A stretch of 64,000 nucleotides of DNA, taken from assembly GCA_013265495.1 (NCBI GenBank), contig MU057560.1, positions 880,753-944,752 on the forward strand, written 5' to 3'. Every line of letters starts with the position of its first letter. Position 1 is the stretch's first letter. This document shows, piece by piece, positions 63,233 to 64,000 of this stretch. This DNA comes from Vicugna vicugna (Eukaryota). Both the position numbers and the translations under genes were made by a program. The notes beneath the pieces were generated by a model. It was not told the DNA's origin. It did no database searches and saw only the letters and a program-made list of their open reading frames with translations.

Positions 63233-63586
63233 ATCAATTATACGTGGAATTGAAAGAAATAGTACAAATGAACTTATTTACAAACTGGAAATAGACTCAC
63301 AGACACAGAAAACAAACAAGGATGACCAAAGGGGAAAAGGGGTTGGGGGTAGGAATAATTAGGAGTTAGGGACGAGCAGGTACAAACTACTATGTATAGA
63401 ATAGATAAACAGCAAGGGCCTGCTGTGCAGCACAGGGAACTATGTTCAACCCCTTATAACAACTTGTAAAGGAAATGAACCTGGAAAAGAATCTATGTAC
63501 ACACACATGTGTGTGTCTAACTGAACCACTTTGCTGGACAACTGAAGCTAACACTGTCAATCAACTGCACTTCAATTAAAAAAAAA
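63233..63586 (+). mobile_element. 5'-truncated LINE-1 3' end
   Basis: acaaatgaacttatttacaaa...gactcacagacacagaaaacaaac...cacagggaactat...acttcaattaaaaaaaaa. Confidence 0.88.
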
Positions 63587-63654
63587 GTACCAACCACATT
63601 AAAGGTGAGTACTTGTTTCTTAAAAAAAAAAAAAACTCTGCGATTCTTATTTAT

Positions 63655-63760
63655 TATGCGAATCATTTCATGATGTAAGTCAAATCAGGACACCATACGC
63701 CTTAAACCTGCACAGCGCTGTGTGTCAGGTATATCTCAATAAAACTGGAAGAAAGAATAA
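63655..63760 (+). mobile_element. Old L1M 3'-terminal fragment
   Basis: atcatttcatgatgt...ccttaaac...tatatctcaataaaactggaa, a typical L1M terminus. Confidence 0.6.
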
Positions 63761-64000
63761 ATGTGCATTATGAGAATAAAGTAGAAGTAGTGATGTTCTC
63801 AGGCTTGCATACCTACGCAGATTACACACAGGTGGGTATATAGATTGTGTACACACTCGTACGTGCACACACACTGGGGTGTGTATTTTATGTGAACTTG
63901 AATATAACACAACCTCTGGAATTGCTGTAGTCGGTGACTTCCCAAATTTTTTAAATATCACAACACGAAAGCGTATCTCACAGAAAGCAGCGTGTGAACA

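Larger units (their letters stand above)
1..64000 (-). other. SORBS2: 5' leader/intronic region of a large minus-strand gene with multiple alternative first exons, tentatively SORBS2 (sorbin and SH3 domain-containing 2 / ArgBP2); main CDS lies left of the window
   Basis: Seen: minus-strand AG/GT-bounded exons of 140, 48 and 100 nt and several strong minus-strand donors beside CpG-rich segments. The gene name rests on my recollection of SORBS2 5'-exon sizes and order. No SoHo or SH3 coding sequence is in the window, so the identity is unverified. Confidence 0.55.

Noticed and set aside
1162..63586. Sense-orientation excess of young L1s (6 of 9 on the host-gene strand)
   Set aside because: The count is too small to distinguish from chance.

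Overview
Mammalian genomic DNA, most likely camelid (alpaca/camel): it carries a camelid-type tRNA-derived SINE and camelid-type L1 3' ends. It is GC- and CpG-rich, as subtelomeric sequence often is. No complete protein-coding gene is present, and nearly all ORFs in the supplied track look spurious or repeat-derived. The window looks like the largely intronic 5' part of a large minus-strand gene. Three cleanly bounded internal exons (140 nt at 58849-58988, 48 nt at 2311-2358, 100 nt at 573-672) and several candidate alternative first exons or CpG promoters (about 45340, 41369-41830, 28975 and 15357-15800) are visible. The 140/48/100-nt exon pattern resembles my recollection of the SORBS2 (ArgBP2) 5' leader; this call is tentative and needs BLAST. 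The rest is L1, LTR, MIR, L2 and DNA-transposon debris and simple repeats. Most interesting: (i) a 28-codon ORF assembled across three exons over 58 kb, switchable by splicing, with an in-frame stop followed by a restart; (ii) five 5'-inverted (twin-primed) L1s among nine young L1 inserts; (iii) a one-directional AT-to-GC substitution cluster in one L1; (iv) a dense GATA/T-box/FOX motif cluster and MEF2/CArG/MCAT motifs. I found no well-supported wholly new biological system.
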